Below, piece by piece: positions 37,883 through 50,712 of a stretch of 64,000 bases of DNA; position 1 is the stretch's first letter, and the number at the start of each line of letters is the position of its first letter. The stretch covers positions 36,208,001 to 36,272,000 of the forward strand of contig NC_043014.1 in NCBI RefSeq assembly GCF_006345805.1, given 5' to 3'. Origin of the DNA: Octopus sinensis (Eukaryota). The notes beneath the pieces were generated by a model, which was not told the DNA's origin, made no database searches, and saw only the letters and a program-made list of their open reading frames with translations. A program made the position numbers and the translations under genes.

Positions 37883-38196
37883 CTGAAAAGAAAGAATCAA
37901 AATATGTAAAAGAATCGATATATGTAAAGTTTAGAACAATGGACCACACAATAACAGACTACGAGGTTTCACTGAATAAGCTACAAGGTTCAGACTAAAC
38001 AAAAATGTTTATCAGCGCTCTAAATATTCTTAATGCCGAGCCTTGTGAACTCGTGTTTCGAAGTGTTCAACCGTCGAACTTTTTAGTGAAAGCAGTGCAA
38101 AGGCTATTCGGAGCCGAATCAATAGCAATAAATACACAACACATGAAGGACACATTCATACGCATGTATATTTACACACACACGTATGTACGTACG

Positions 38197-38700
38197 TAGT
38201 ATGATCGATAAGTATCCGGACTGTTGCTAGAGTAACGAACTTAAAGTATGCAGAGTAAAGCTGCTTGACACAGATTGACCTTGAACTCTGCCGTGCATCT
38301 GCACTAAGTTTCAATGTTCTAGCTCACTTCCGGTGTTTACATCAGTGCTTGGCAGTAACGTGTGTAGCGTGTGTTCGTCGTCTTGACAATGACAGAGAAA
38401 GTTGAGCAGAGAATCTGCATCAAATTTTGCCAAGAGCTTGACGATACCTGCTCACAGGCCTACGCAAGTTTTCAAAATGTTTTCATCGCTCTCCACACAA
38501 TCGTGGAGATCTTGTGCAACTGAAACCCGAGTGTCTTTTTGGTCAACTGAAAGCAGTTTTGGCGCAAACTTGGCAGACACATGTTTCATGCCCAAATCTT
38601 CAGTGATAATGGAATGAACCGAACCGTAACTAATCTGCACATACTCTGATAACTCATAGATGGTGATTCGACGATTTCCTCTCACAGCTGCATGCACAGT
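38197..38700. mobile_element. Mariner relic with internal inversion
   Basis: Plus strand MTEKVEQRICIKFCQEL... up to about 38478, then minus strand NRRITIYELSE..ISYGSVHSIITEDLGMKHVSAKFAPKLL. Confidence 0.8.
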
Positions 38701-38739
38701 GGTGTACTAATGCCTGGAACTAGGTTTCTAATTACAGGT

Positions 38740-39330
38740 TTCTTATCATTCTCGGCCAATAGAGAGGTCTTCCCCTCTACAATGATGCTTTGGCCAGGAG
38801 CGGGTTTACTGAGAAGCTCACGTATGTTGATGACCCCCAAACACTCTCAGTATTAGGAGAAGGAGAACTATATGGTATAATCCCCTTTCAACCTAGACGA
38901 CTCCACCAACGTAGCTAGGGGCTTTCTGTCATTAATTAAGAAGTACTTCCCCAGAGGCCATAAGTATTACAAACTATTCAACCCCCATAATGTCATGGTG
39001 AGCTACTCTTACTTAGACAACATCGCATCTAAAATCGCACGCATCAACAGACGTAAACATACACCCACACTACCCCAATCCCCAACCTGCAACTTCCGAA
39101 ACACCACAATATGCCCTCTAGAAGGCTCTTGTCTTTCAAGGGCCGTAGTATACAGAGCCACCCTTACACCATCCGATGGCATTACTATATGGGTATGACA
39201 GCTAATGATTTCAAAGGTAGATACTCCCAGCATATGCACTTGTTCAGATCCAGGGATAGAGAGAACTCTACTTACCTGTCTCGTTTTCTCTGGGGACTCC
39301 GTGATCTCCGAGATGAATACCAACTACTAG
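38740..39330 (+). mobile_element. Penelope-like (Naiad-type) linker + GIY-YIG relic
   Basis: YNDALARSGF, IWYNPPF, VMVSYSYLDN, CNFRNTTICPLEGSCL..VVYRA, YMGMTANDFKGRY..H...NSTYLSRFLW. Confidence 0.85.
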
Positions 39331-39852
39331 CTCGGTCTCCGCGAAAATCTGTATTAAGTCGATTATATCGATCCCAGTGCGTAACTGGTACTTATTTAAG
39401 TGATCCCGAAAGGATTAAAGGTAAAGTTGACCTCGGTGGAATTTGAACTCAGAACGTAAAGACAGACGAAATACTGGTAAGCATTTCGCCCGGCGTGCTA
39501 ACGTTTCTGCCATCTCGCCGTCTTTAAATACCTATTTCTTTACTACCCACAAGGGAATAAACGCATAGAGAACAAACAAGGACAGACAAACGGATTAAGT
39601 CGATTATATCGGCCCCAGTGCGTAACTGGTACTTATTTAATCGACCCCGGAAGGATGAAAGGCAAAGTCGACCTCGGCGGAATTTGAACTCAGAACGTAG
39701 GGGTCGACTTGCTCGACTAAAGGCGGTGCTCCAGCATGGCCGCAGTCAAATGACTGAAACAAGTAGAAGAGTAAAAGAATACATCATTGATCTAAAATCA
39801 ATGGTGGAAAAAAAAAAGGAAAAAGAAAAGAAAAATAATTAGTAAAACTGAC

Positions 39853-40176
39853 CTTTTAAAGCTTTAACCTTTGAAGATTCGAGATTTGTTTTACATGAGT
39901 AATATGCCGCATCATCGCAAGTTGGATTAAATTTCCAGCAGGTAACCTCATCATTTTTAATATGATCTAGAGTACAGTCAAAACCCTTTCGCTTGATCAC
40001 TGGCAGAAACTTCCTTTCCTCCTCGACATAATGAGTTTTGAAAACGATATAATTCAGATTTTGAACGAGAGCAAAGTAAAGAACATTTTTTAGATTATAC
40101 CGACATGTTATAGTCATTCCAGTCGTGTATCCAAAATCAATAGTTTCAGAAGGTTTCGTATCTACAATCTCCATAG
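39853..40176 (-). CDS. Ig gene B exon 2: V-type Ig-like domain
   Basis: Acceptor tttctctacag|ct, donor aaa g|gtcagt; 324 nt. (P)MEIVDTKPSETIDFGYTTGMTITCRY...KRKGFDCTLDHIKNDEVTCWKFNPTCDDAAYYSCKTNLESSKVKALK. Confidence 0.88.
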
Positions 40177-40249
40177 CTGTAGAGAAAGAAACATACATCA
40201 GAGACAGATGTTATAAAACAATATATATATATATATATATATGTAGTTA

Positions 40250-40440
40250 CAGAAGAGAGAGGAAGGAAAAAAAGGGAGAAAGAAAAGAAGGAGGAGGAGG
40301 AGGAGGAGGAAGAGGAAGTGGAAGAGGAGGAAGAGGAAGAGGAGGAGGAGGAGGAGGAGAAGAAGAAGAAGAAGAAGAAGAAGAAGAAGAAGAAGAAGAA
40401 GAAGAAGAAGAAAACGGAAGATGAGGAGAAGAAGGCAAAA
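40250..40440. repeat. (GGA)n/(GAA)n tract upstream of the exon-2 acceptor of gene B
   Basis: Directly visible. Confidence 0.9.
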
Positions 40441-40528
40441 CAGGACTAATTAAAAATAACGGGTGTTCATTTGAATATAGATTACATTTATCCACAAATA
40501 AAACTTTGTAGTTAGTTTTTAATATTTA

Positions 40529-40919
40529 CTAGCAGTATCGCCCGGCGTTGCTCGGGTTTGTTTCGACCCTTTAGAATTGGAATTTTTGAAAAGTAAAAAA
40601 ATTTGCATTATGCTGCTTGTTAGTCTCTTTAAGTGAACATTTTTCTGGTTGAAATACACCGAAAAATGGCGACAATGCAGTCAAAAAAATCGTAAAACAT
40701 AGGGATTTTCATAGAAAAAAAAGCACCTTTTTGATGTAAATAATTTTTGATGTTAACATGGTCCGATTTGAATTTTTTCTTCTCCGGAAAGAAGAGCAAG
40801 CCTTCTATCATACTCTCAATTTTGGTCAACTTACCCCGCAGGGTCTCGGAGGAGATAGTGTTAGTTGAAGGCTACCAAACCTGTCAGACACAGACAGACT
40901 TCAGCTTTATATATATAGA
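40529..40919 (-). mobile_element. Non-autonomous Helitron
   Basis: Minus strand A|TC...cccgagcaacgccggg...CTAG|T; the empty site is seen in gene A at about 20485. Confidence 0.85.
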
Positions 40920-41148
40920 TTATCATAATAGCATACATGTGCCGTCAAAAATGCCGACAGTTTTATTAATGATGGAAAATGGTGCATCAACACAGTGGGG
41001 AAACAGTTGAAAAGCAGAAAACAATCTAGTATATATATGCACATACACAGAATTGATGCACTTGGAGAATTAGATACGGTCGTAGCGTCTCAGTTGAAAA
41101 TATCAGCTACATAATGTATCGGTGTGTATATGTATATATACAAACACA

Positions 41149-41191
<43 letters not shown>

Positions 41192-41198
41192 CACACAC

Positions 41199-41248
<50 letters not shown>

Positions 41249-41259
41249 TATATACATAT

Positions 41260-41290
<31 letters not shown>

Positions 41291-41574
41291 GCATTTATAT
41301 ACTTGGATACATAGATAGATACATATCTTTTATTTATGTATATACATAAATATACATTTATTTATAGATATTTCTCTCTCTCGCTCTCTTGCTCACTCAC
41401 TCTTCCTCTCTCCCTCTCTCTCTCTCTCTCTCTCCCTCTCTCTCTATATATATAGACATACACACACACACACACATATATATACATAAAAACACATAAA
41501 ATAAGAATGAAAAACACGTTAATGACAATTATCAGGTAGTCAGCATGGAAAAAGCAATTTATATATTAAATTAG

Positions 41575-41616
<42 letters not shown>

Positions 41617-41617
<1 letters not shown>

Positions 41618-42118
41618 TAGCAGTATCGCCCGGCGTTGCTCGGGTTTGTAAGGAAATAACTATATAAGCATTTTTAGAGAGTTACTTCCCTTATAGATGC
41701 CAATTCGGGCTTTCTTAGCCATTTCTGTTTTGGTGTCTTCAAACCATGAAGTCGTTGTTCTAAAAGAACGCTGGTCTCCTTGACAACGCATTACGACGTT
41801 GATTTCTTTACACTCCCTTCCCCACAGCTTCACGAGGGAGGGAAGGGGGAGAAGCAAACAGGTGCAGCTGTGAGCGTGGACGCCAACTCCGCCGCCATCG
41901 ACACACGAAAAATTATGCATTAAAATGGAATAAAAAATGATGTTAAATTATTTTTAAAATCGTAGACTCATTGTTGACGCGCGCTAATAGCCAGACGGGC
42001 TCGATATGAATCACGACTATAAGATACCCGAATTTGGTTAAACTGCACCGCAAAATGTGGGAGGAGTTAGGAATCTAAATCGAAGGGGACAGACACTCAC
42101 ACAACTAGAGTTTTATAT
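41617..42118 (-). mobile_element. Non-autonomous Helitron
   Basis: Same 3' terminus ctagcagtatcgcccggcgttgctcggg; 5' end runs into a TA tract. Confidence 0.8.
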
Positions 42119-42173
<55 letters not shown>

Positions 42174-42279
42174 ATTTTAAGGGAGAAAGTCAAAACAAGA
42201 CTTATCACCTCCATATTGAATTAATGTCCAAACATTACGAATCTACCGAAACGACTCCATAAATACATGCGATTGAAAG

Positions 42280-42630
42280 CGGGCTAGTGAGAGGATATTT
42301 AAAAAGACACCACATCAATTGCAAATTAGCTAATTTCGAGATTAATATCTTAAAATCTTATGGAGTTTTTACGGTAACTTCGTAATGCTTAGACATCAAT
42401 TCAGTATGTACCCGAACTCTGTCATGTAGTCCCGTTCCGGTTTCGCCATATAGTACTCTTTACATTGTCGACAAGTTGTACAGTAAATTAAGTGTTTTGT
42501 TTTACAGTTCATGTTTGCATTGATTTTGAAAAGCACATTGCTTTTAAAAGAAATTTGTCCACCATCTTCAATGTATTCACAGGTTCCGCATCGAGGGTGC
42601 CTGCAGTTTTTAACTTACATTGTTTCAATG
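42280..42630 (-). mobile_element. Penelope-like GIY-YIG endonuclease relic
   Basis: CRHPRCGTCEYI...NANMNCKTKHLIYCTTCRQCKEYY.GETGTGLHDRVRVH. Confidence 0.85.
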
Positions 42631-42651
42631 TTAGATGTTAATTTCACCTTC

Positions 42652-42889
42652 ACTCTTTTACTCTTTTACTTGTTTCAGTCATTTGATTGCGGCCATGCTG
42701 CAGCACCGCCTTTATTCGAGCAAATCGACCCCCAGGACTTATTCTTTGTCAGTCTAGTACTTATTCTATCGGTCCCTTTGCCGAACCGCAATGTTACGGG
42801 GACATAAACACACCAGCATCGGTTGTCAAGCGATGTTTGGGGTGGGGGTAGACAAATACAGACACACAAACACACACACACGCACACAC

Positions 42890-42922
<33 letters not shown>

Positions 42923-43012
42923 CATATACGGTCTTCTTTCAGTTTCCGTCTACTAAATCCACTCACAAGGCTTTGGTTGGCCCGAGGCTATAGTAGAAGA
43001 CACGTGCCCAAG
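42652..43012 (-). mobile_element. SINE family A, head truncated
   Basis: Reverse-complement match ending at gcccaagg. Confidence 0.85.
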
Positions 43013-43055
43013 GTGTTAGTTGAAGGCTACCAAACCTGCCATACACAGACAACTT

Positions 43056-43133
<78 letters not shown>

Positions 43134-43147
43134 CATACATACATACA

Positions 43148-43177
<30 letters not shown>

Positions 43178-43178
<1 letters not shown>

Positions 43179-43671
43179 CTATACATATAAAACTCAACTT
43201 GTGTGTCTGTGTGTATATCTGTGTGTGTCTGTGTGTTTAACTTCCCGGCACATCTCCTAACTAACAAATCGTAGAACCACCAAAAGTGGGTCACTTAAAG
43301 TTTAGGCGAATGAAAATTGAACTGCGCTATTTCCGTTCCGAAATTCATTTCGCAAGTGCAAAAATCGATAATGTGTTTGTTATCCCATGCATTGAATAGT
43401 GAACTTTACTCAGTCAGCTGTTTGACGTGAACTGTGTTCACCACGCGTGCAAGCATGCGTAAATTACATGAAAAATAAAAAATCAATATATAAAAACGAA
43501 TCGCCGTAAACATTGTAGAAATTCGGCAAAGAAATGAATTTTCGGGATGTAGCCTGGAGGGTTTTTCGTATTAATCGTTTTGACTTTGTGAACACATACC
43601 AATTGTTTTCATTAAATTTTTAACGCTTTGAATTAAATGTGACCATTTTGCAAAGCCGGGCAATAATGCTA

Positions 43672-43672
<1 letters not shown>
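43178..43672 (+). mobile_element. Non-autonomous Helitron (different subfamily)
   Basis: A|TC start, gcaaagccgggc..CTAG|T end. Confidence 0.7.
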
Positions 43673-43751
<79 letters not shown>

Positions 43752-43764
43752 ACTCTTTTACACT

Positions 43765-44142
43765 TTATACTCTTTTACTTGTTTCAGTCATTTGACTGCG
43801 GCCATGCTGGAGCACCGCCTTTAGTCGAGCAAATCGACCCCGGGACTTATTCTTTGTAAGCCCAGTACTTATTCTATCGGTCTCTTTTGCCGAACCGCTA
43901 GGTGACGGGGATGTAAACACACCAGCATCGGTTGTCAAGCAATGCTAGGGGGACAAACACAGACACACAAACATATACACATACATATATATACATATAT
44001 ACGACAGGCTTCTTTCAGTTTCCGTCTACCAAATCCACTCACAAGGCATTGGTCGGCCCGGGGCTATAGCAGAAGACATTTGCTCAAGATGCCACGCAGT
44101 GGGACTGAACCCGGAACCATGTGGTTGGTTCACTCCCGCGCC
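43765..44142 (-). mobile_element. SINE family A
   Basis: Reverse-complement match with a short deletion in the head. Confidence 0.88.
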
Positions 44143-44657
44143 TATATATACATATATATATGTATATATACATATTTATAAAAGAACGATATTATTTCTG
44201 AAAATAATAACGTTAGTGGCCGCGAGCGTAAAGACGTATAGGCAAATTAATAATCATGTATATAAGATATATAAATATATTCATTTTTCTGATATAATTA
44301 TTAATTAGGGATCGTTTAATTTGTCTCACAGATTTTTTAATTATTTTTTTTATGCAAACACTTTGAAATTTTGTATACTGGTGGAATTTCTCACCTAGAA
44401 CACGGTCTACATTGAACATTTTTGGCAATATTTTGTATTTCAGAAGATATTTCGTGTTTGAGTTGTCGGATTTTGGGTAATTTTTGCCAATCAACGACGT
44501 GTATTCAGTTGAAGAAAGCTACTGCTGTTTGCGATAGTCATCGAAGAGGAACAGCTTTCGGGTTATCTCTATTAAATTTAACCACTCTGTTCTGTTTGTA
44601 TGTCGAGCGATGTATGTAGATATATGTAGATGTATGCACATTATACATGTGCATATG

Positions 44658-44728
<71 letters not shown>

Positions 44729-44814
44729 AGAGTTCACGAAAAAAACAAAAGACGAAGATAGGTGGTGTAGAAAACAAACAGATGTATTAGTATAACGCTC
44801 AGGAATTGAAAAAT

Positions 44815-44850
44815 CTTTTACGTTTCGAGCCTACGCTCTTCTACAGAAAG
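44815..44850 (-). ncRNA. Minimal type-I hammerhead-ribozyme-like motif
   Basis: cttt-CTGTAGA-a-gagc gtag gctc-GAAAC-GTA-aaag: perfect stems I and II, one core change (A6 to U). Confidence 0.5.
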
Positions 44851-45837
44851 AACACAGAAAGAGACGAGGAGAGAAAAAATTGTGTGTAGTGGCTACCGAA
44901 TGTGCGTGTGTGTGTATGTGCATATATGTATGTATATATATATATATATATATAACATAAGCATATATACATATATATAACATATGCATATATACATATA
45001 AATAATATAAATTTCTATTTGAAATATATATTTTATATAGATAGATTGAAAGATATGTGTGTGTGTTTGTGTCGTCGCGCGCGCGTATAATTTTTTTGGC
45101 ACAATGAGAATATGACAATTATTGTGTAGGATGAAACGCATTCATATTTGGTCTCATCCACATTTGGTATATATATTTGCCCTGGATCAACATCAAGAAA
45201 TTCCGCTGCGTACACACACGCACGCAGCCGTTCTAGAATTTGGACCTTGAGATCTCCATTTCCAGCGACTTCGAGGGCCACCTCCCAGTGGTGTCGGGCG
45301 TCAACGAAGAGCCCTCGACTACAACAAAACGACCAAAGTTTTTCTTTTTCCAAGGTCTGGGGTCTCCCGCCCCTAAGCCCTAGACCATCACCTAGTTACC
45401 CTTACCCGTCTTGTTGCTTAACAACAACAACAACAAACACGCACGCATACACACACACATACACACATACACACACAAACACATACGCACAAATGTACAC
45501 GGGTGCCGTAAATTAAAATCATAGAATCACACACCTGTATGAATTGGATGCCCAACCTTCCCTGTTAACTTAAATGTAATCTTTCTTCGACGGGTTCTAC
45601 TCTCTATATTTTATGATTAAGAGTTTAATTTTTTATTATATATTCGCGGACAACCGTGGCTATCCCCATTAGCTCGTTATAACCAAAATACATTGAGCAT
45701 GAACAACTTGACTGGAAGAACTCAGTATATCTAGAGTGACATCATCTTTTTTATGCATGTACTTTGATGTATCACAAAAGGCACAGTTTGATGGAACACA
45801 ACTAGATGCACAAAATCCTACCTATAAGAGACAGTTG

Positions 45838-46271
45838 GGATCTTTTCGGTTTGAACGGCAGTTTTAAATTTTTTTCCACGTAACTAAACACTTTTAAACT
45901 TCGTATACTGGTAGAATGTGTTTATAAAACATCTTTTTCTCTTGGCTTTATTGCGAAAATTCTATAGTTTGTAAGATATTTGTTGTTGTTTTTTCTTCAA
46001 TTTCTGCAACTTCAACCAATCGATGACATCTATTAAGGTAAAAAACATTCTGTGCCGTATGAATATGTCCCTCGTTTAAGAAACAGATTGGGTTTATTTA
46101 CATTTGTTAACAAAAAAAAGATAACCTTCCCCCCACCCTTAACACTAACCCTAACTAACACTAACCCCAAAACAGATTGAAATGCAATAGATCGATACTA
46201 GGATCATAATTATGGGTGACAATTTCATATGACATCGCTAGAAAAAACTGCCGTTGAAACCGAAAAGATCC
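45838..46271 (+). mobile_element. Full-length Merlin-like MITE with 8-bp TSD
   Basis: gacagttg|GGATCTTTTCGGTTTGAACGGCAGTTTT ... AAAACTGCCGTTGAAACCGAAAAGATCC|gacagttg. Confidence 0.88.
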
Positions 46272-46338
46272 GACAGTTGCAGAATGGTTGTCGAAATGAT
46301 CGTCACACTTGTGATAAATCTATCTTCCGTTTCCTTCA

Positions 46339-46414
<76 letters not shown>

Positions 46415-46644
46415 CATATATATGGGAATATGTATGTATGTATGTATGTCGAAGAAAGAGAAAGAGCCGGTTTCTAACCTAGATCTAAGGCTCCTTCATT
46501 GGAATTTCAACATCGACAACAGGAAGTTTTTGTATGTATGTATCTATGTGTGAATGTGCATATGCAGATTTGTTTGTTTTGCTTTATGTATTATTCTAAT
46601 GCATATAGTTGCATATCTAGACATGCTCATATGTATATATATAT

Positions 46645-46868
46645 CTCTTTACTACCCACAAGGGGCCACAGAGAGGACAAACATGGGCAGACAAACGGAT
46701 TAAGTCGATTATATCGACCCCAGTGCGTAACTGGTACTTAATTTATCGACCCCGAAAGGATGAAAGGCAAAGTCGACCTCGGCGGAATTTGAACTCAGAA
46801 CGTAGCGGCAGACGAAATACCGCTAAGCATTTCGTCCGGCGTGCTAACGTTTCTGCCAGCTCGCCTTA
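46645..46868 (-). mobile_element. SINE family B
   Basis: Reverse-complement match to 15879-16105. Confidence 0.88.
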
Positions 46869-47075
46869 TATATGTATATATATATATATGTATGTATGCA
46901 TATGTATATATATATGTATGTATGCATGCAAGCATGTATGTGTGTGTATATGTGTGTGTATGTGCACGCGTGCGTACGTATAGTGCGTCTTGTGACGATC
47001 AAAGTGTGATATCTATGACAAGAAGGTTCAATGTTGTAATTGAAGAAAATATTATTCCTCTTGATATTAACTTAC

Positions 47076-47124
47076 GGGTCGAAATGTGAGAAGCCATCAT
47101 CAGCATCATCATAGCTAACAACAT
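47076..47124 (-). CDS. Ig gene B exon 1: signal peptide MLLAMMMLMMASHIST
   Basis: ATG at 47124, donor acc c|gtaagt (phase 1). Confidence 0.85.
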
Positions 47125-47790
47125 TGTTGGTCTTGAGAAACAAGTATAAAGCAGAAGGAGAAGTGATTGTCGGCTTCCAGAAACCGGAACTGTTACGAAA
47201 TGATGTGTCTGATACAAAAAGTGGTGTCGAAATAGTCAAACACAACAAAAATAGAGGAAAGCGCAATATATGTAAGTGTGAATAGGAGTGGGGAGTGAAA
47301 CTTGAAGTGTGAGTGAAGCTGAGATAGTTCCATCTTTCTGTTTCTTTCTCTTTTTCTCTTTCTTTCTCTCTCTCTCCCTCTGTCTCTCTTCTGCTTCGAG
47401 AAGAAGGCAGGTAGAACATATAGAAAACAGTTTGACAGGAAGTTTAAGTCAACACACACACACACGCACACATACAAGTACACACACATGCACGAACGCA
47501 CACACGCACGCCTACACACATACGCACGTACAAATGATGAAAAGGAAGATGGAGAATTTCAAAGTATTGAGAGAGTGAGTGAGAGAAGTATTTTGGTCAA
47601 AAAAAAAAGAAGAAAAAAAAAAGACGCCGACTTAGAACGCGGGAAAGGAAAGTGAAGGAAAGTTATAAGGCTATGAAAATAAGAAAGGGAGAGAAGAAGG
47701 AAGATTGACAAGGAAGAGTTACAGTAAAAGATTATGAAGAACGTCATGGAAAAGGGAGAGGGAGAGAGTGAAAGGGAGAAAGATAGATCG

Positions 47791-47841
<51 letters not shown>

Positions 47842-48137
47842 AAGAGAGAGAAAGAGAGAGAGAGAGAGTAAGAGAAAGTGAGAGAAACGGTAAAAAACAT
47901 CTGCTTTCTTTTACTACAGTGGGTAGGTATTTTTTGCTAATTGATTTTTTTTAGTATGGCACTACACTGGACACTGGATGTAGAGGCTGATCTAGCTGCC
48001 TTAACAAGTTCCTGCCTTTCTTCCAACTCGGCTGATTCATGTCAAAATAAATCGTTGGAGGTGCTGGGTTTATCAGGATTTTGTCCAAGCGCCTTCTTTA
48101 TTGCTGAGTCACATAGGCAGTTAGGTAAAAATGTATT

Positions 48138-48500
48138 GGATCTTTTCCTGTTGAACGGCAGTTTTCAACACAATTTCTAGTTAACTAAACACTTTTAAAC
48201 TTCGTATACTGGTAGAATGTGTCAAAATATAAACATTATTTTTCACTTGGCTTTTTTGAGAAAAATTGTAATTTGTAAGTTTTACACGTAGTTAATTTTT
48301 CGAATTTTAACCAATCCTATCGCCTCAAATAAAACCTTTTTATCACTTGGCTTTTTTTTGAGAAAATTGTAATTTGTAAGTTTTCACGTAGTATTATTTT
48401 CGAATTTTAACGCAATCCTATCGCCTCTATTGAGCTAAAATCATTTGCTGCGTCTAACTGAGACAAACACCTGTCACTAACCCCTAACCCTCACCCTCTA
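48138..48500 (+). mobile_element. Diverged Merlin-like MITE copy with internal tandem duplication
   Basis: ggatcttttcctgttgaacggcagtttt terminus; about 48235-48330 repeated at 48335-48430; ccctaa repeats. Confidence 0.65.
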
Positions 48501-49034
48501 CCCTAAATTTATAGCCTTCGTTTTTTTTCTTAATTGCTAACACGTGTCACCAAGTAAACTTACTGTTGAAGCAGATTAGGTTGAGAATGAAAGCTGTACG
48601 TTTATCGGCTCCTTTCTCTTCGAAGTATATGACACTGTGTTCAGCGACGAGCTCTCAGTTTCTTCCTCAGAATATTTAATATCTCTGCTTAGTTGATTGG
48701 CATTCCTTTTCGCTGGATCCCTTATACTACTTCTTGAATGTTCTCAGTTCATCCTGCCACAGCTGTATTTGGTAACCGAACAGACTTAGCTGTATGATTT
48801 ATTGATGTTACATACTTCAATGAAGCTGAATTAACACTAATTAATAGAAAAATAGATTATAAACTTTACTGGACTATAACAGACTCGGGATCTTTTCCTT
48901 TTGATGGACGGAATTTTCTAGTTAACTAAACAATTTGAAACTTCGTATACTAGTAGAATGTGTCAAAAGAAAACATTATTGTAAACAAAATTGTAATTTG
49001 TAAGTTTTACGTAGTTTAATTCTTCGAATTTTAA

Positions 49035-49900
49035 CCAATGAAATACCAGGTACCCCATATCAGGGCCAACACTCTAGTTTGTAGACTTTGCTTAAAAGAC
49101 GCTCTCAAAATTCTAACCCACTACTCACCACATTTGCTTAATAAATACAACGGGGCCTTCAATCCGTGTAAGCACAAATTCTTCCGCACTTTTAAATTCT
49201 TTCATAAATCTAAATGTAAGCTCCCCTCTACAAATAGTACCCGCATACATACCCCTATGTTCATTAACGCATACCCCTTCTATATCTCTATAACACTTAT
49301 TTCTATCTTATGTCTTACCTCATATCTATCTATCGTACCTCATCACACTATAAGATAAATATTAATTCTTTGATTTATCCTGAATTTATTTTAAACCTTA
49401 ACCCCAAAAATAACTCTACAGCCACAGACCTTAGCCAGGACGGACACAAGCAATTACTACCGAATTTCCTCCCCAACAACTTTAGACTTTGAAACTACCA
49501 GACTACTCTCTTTAAATTCCTTTTATTTCGCTCTATTTTTTAACCCTATTTTCTTTTACTCTATCTTCCTCTACCTCCTTATCCTCTCTCTTATCTTCTT
49601 GGCTACCCCTTACACAATTCTTAGACATATACACTTTACTTTATCATATAGCCAATCCTTAAAATCTTCCCTACTTCACTCTGTTATTGTTATTGGATGT
49701 ATTCCACTGAAACTAGGTAAATATAAGCCTTCGAACAGAGACGTCAGTGGCGACACCTGCGGGGTCTGACTGCGCTACATTGACAAGGGGCAATACTCCG
49801 AAACGCGTCTGTAGCTGTCGGACTGGCAGTGTGAAGCGGCTGACCTCCTTTGTTCGAAGGTTATAATGGATACAGATCGTGTATCAATAGCTATCTTAAG
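49035..49900 (+). mobile_element. Penelope-like (Naiad-type) 3' end: end of GIY-YIG plus terminal repeat
   Basis: CRLCLKDALKIL...LLNKYNGAFNPCKHK, then a pyrimidine-rich tract and a hammerhead-like motif. Confidence 0.7.
49774..49815 (+). ncRNA. Degenerate type-I hammerhead-ribozyme-like motif
   Basis: gctaca-TTGACAA-gggg caata ctcc-GAAAC-gc-GTC-tgtagc: 6-bp stem I; core differs from CTGACGA at two positions. Confidence 0.5.
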
Positions 49901-50042
49901 GCGGTGGCCTCATGGAGCTGACCAGCGGCAGCGATTATTCTTATATCTAGAATGTGCCATATTAATATGGCGATAACAATTAATTTCCAGTAAACGCTGT
50001 CGTAATCTCTTTTATAGAGACTTATAATTTTAATATTTCTAA

Positions 50043-50088
<46 letters not shown>

Positions 50089-50226
50089 CATATAGATACA
50101 CATATATATAGATAGATACATACATACATATATCCACGTATATCATATATGTACATGTATTTATAAAGATTTTATATGTGTGTATATGTAGATATTTATG
50201 CATACATATATATATGCATATGTATT

Positions 50227-50257
<31 letters not shown>

Positions 50258-50318
50258 CTCTCTCTATATAATTATATATATATTATATATATATATATGT
50301 ACACCACACCACACACAG

Positions 50319-50357
<39 letters not shown>

Positions 50358-50712
50358 GATAGATACATACATACATACATACATACATACATACATACAT
50401 ACATACATACATACATACATAGATGCGTATATGTGTACATGTTATTTAGATTAAGTTTAATTAGGTATTACAATTGAGGCATCTTGTTAGAACGAAATTA
50501 TGTGCACACTCAAGCAATATTAGGTGAGTATCAAACTACATAGAATTTTTCCCACCCGATATTCATGCAGTGTATGCAGATGGCATGATCCAACTTAGTG
50601 AATAAATTCGCTCTTGTTTCTTCGGCACATGCTTTATATAAAGATACTTTTCCTAATACCACCGAAGTGCAGATTCCAGGGTAGGTGAGAATAATATAAA
50701 TGAGTAGCAAAG

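Noticed and set aside
45033-45353. 106-aa minus ORF (…GNGDLKVQILERL…)
   Set aside because: At most a faint GIY-YIG-like resemblance; no splice signals and no counterpart in the other units.
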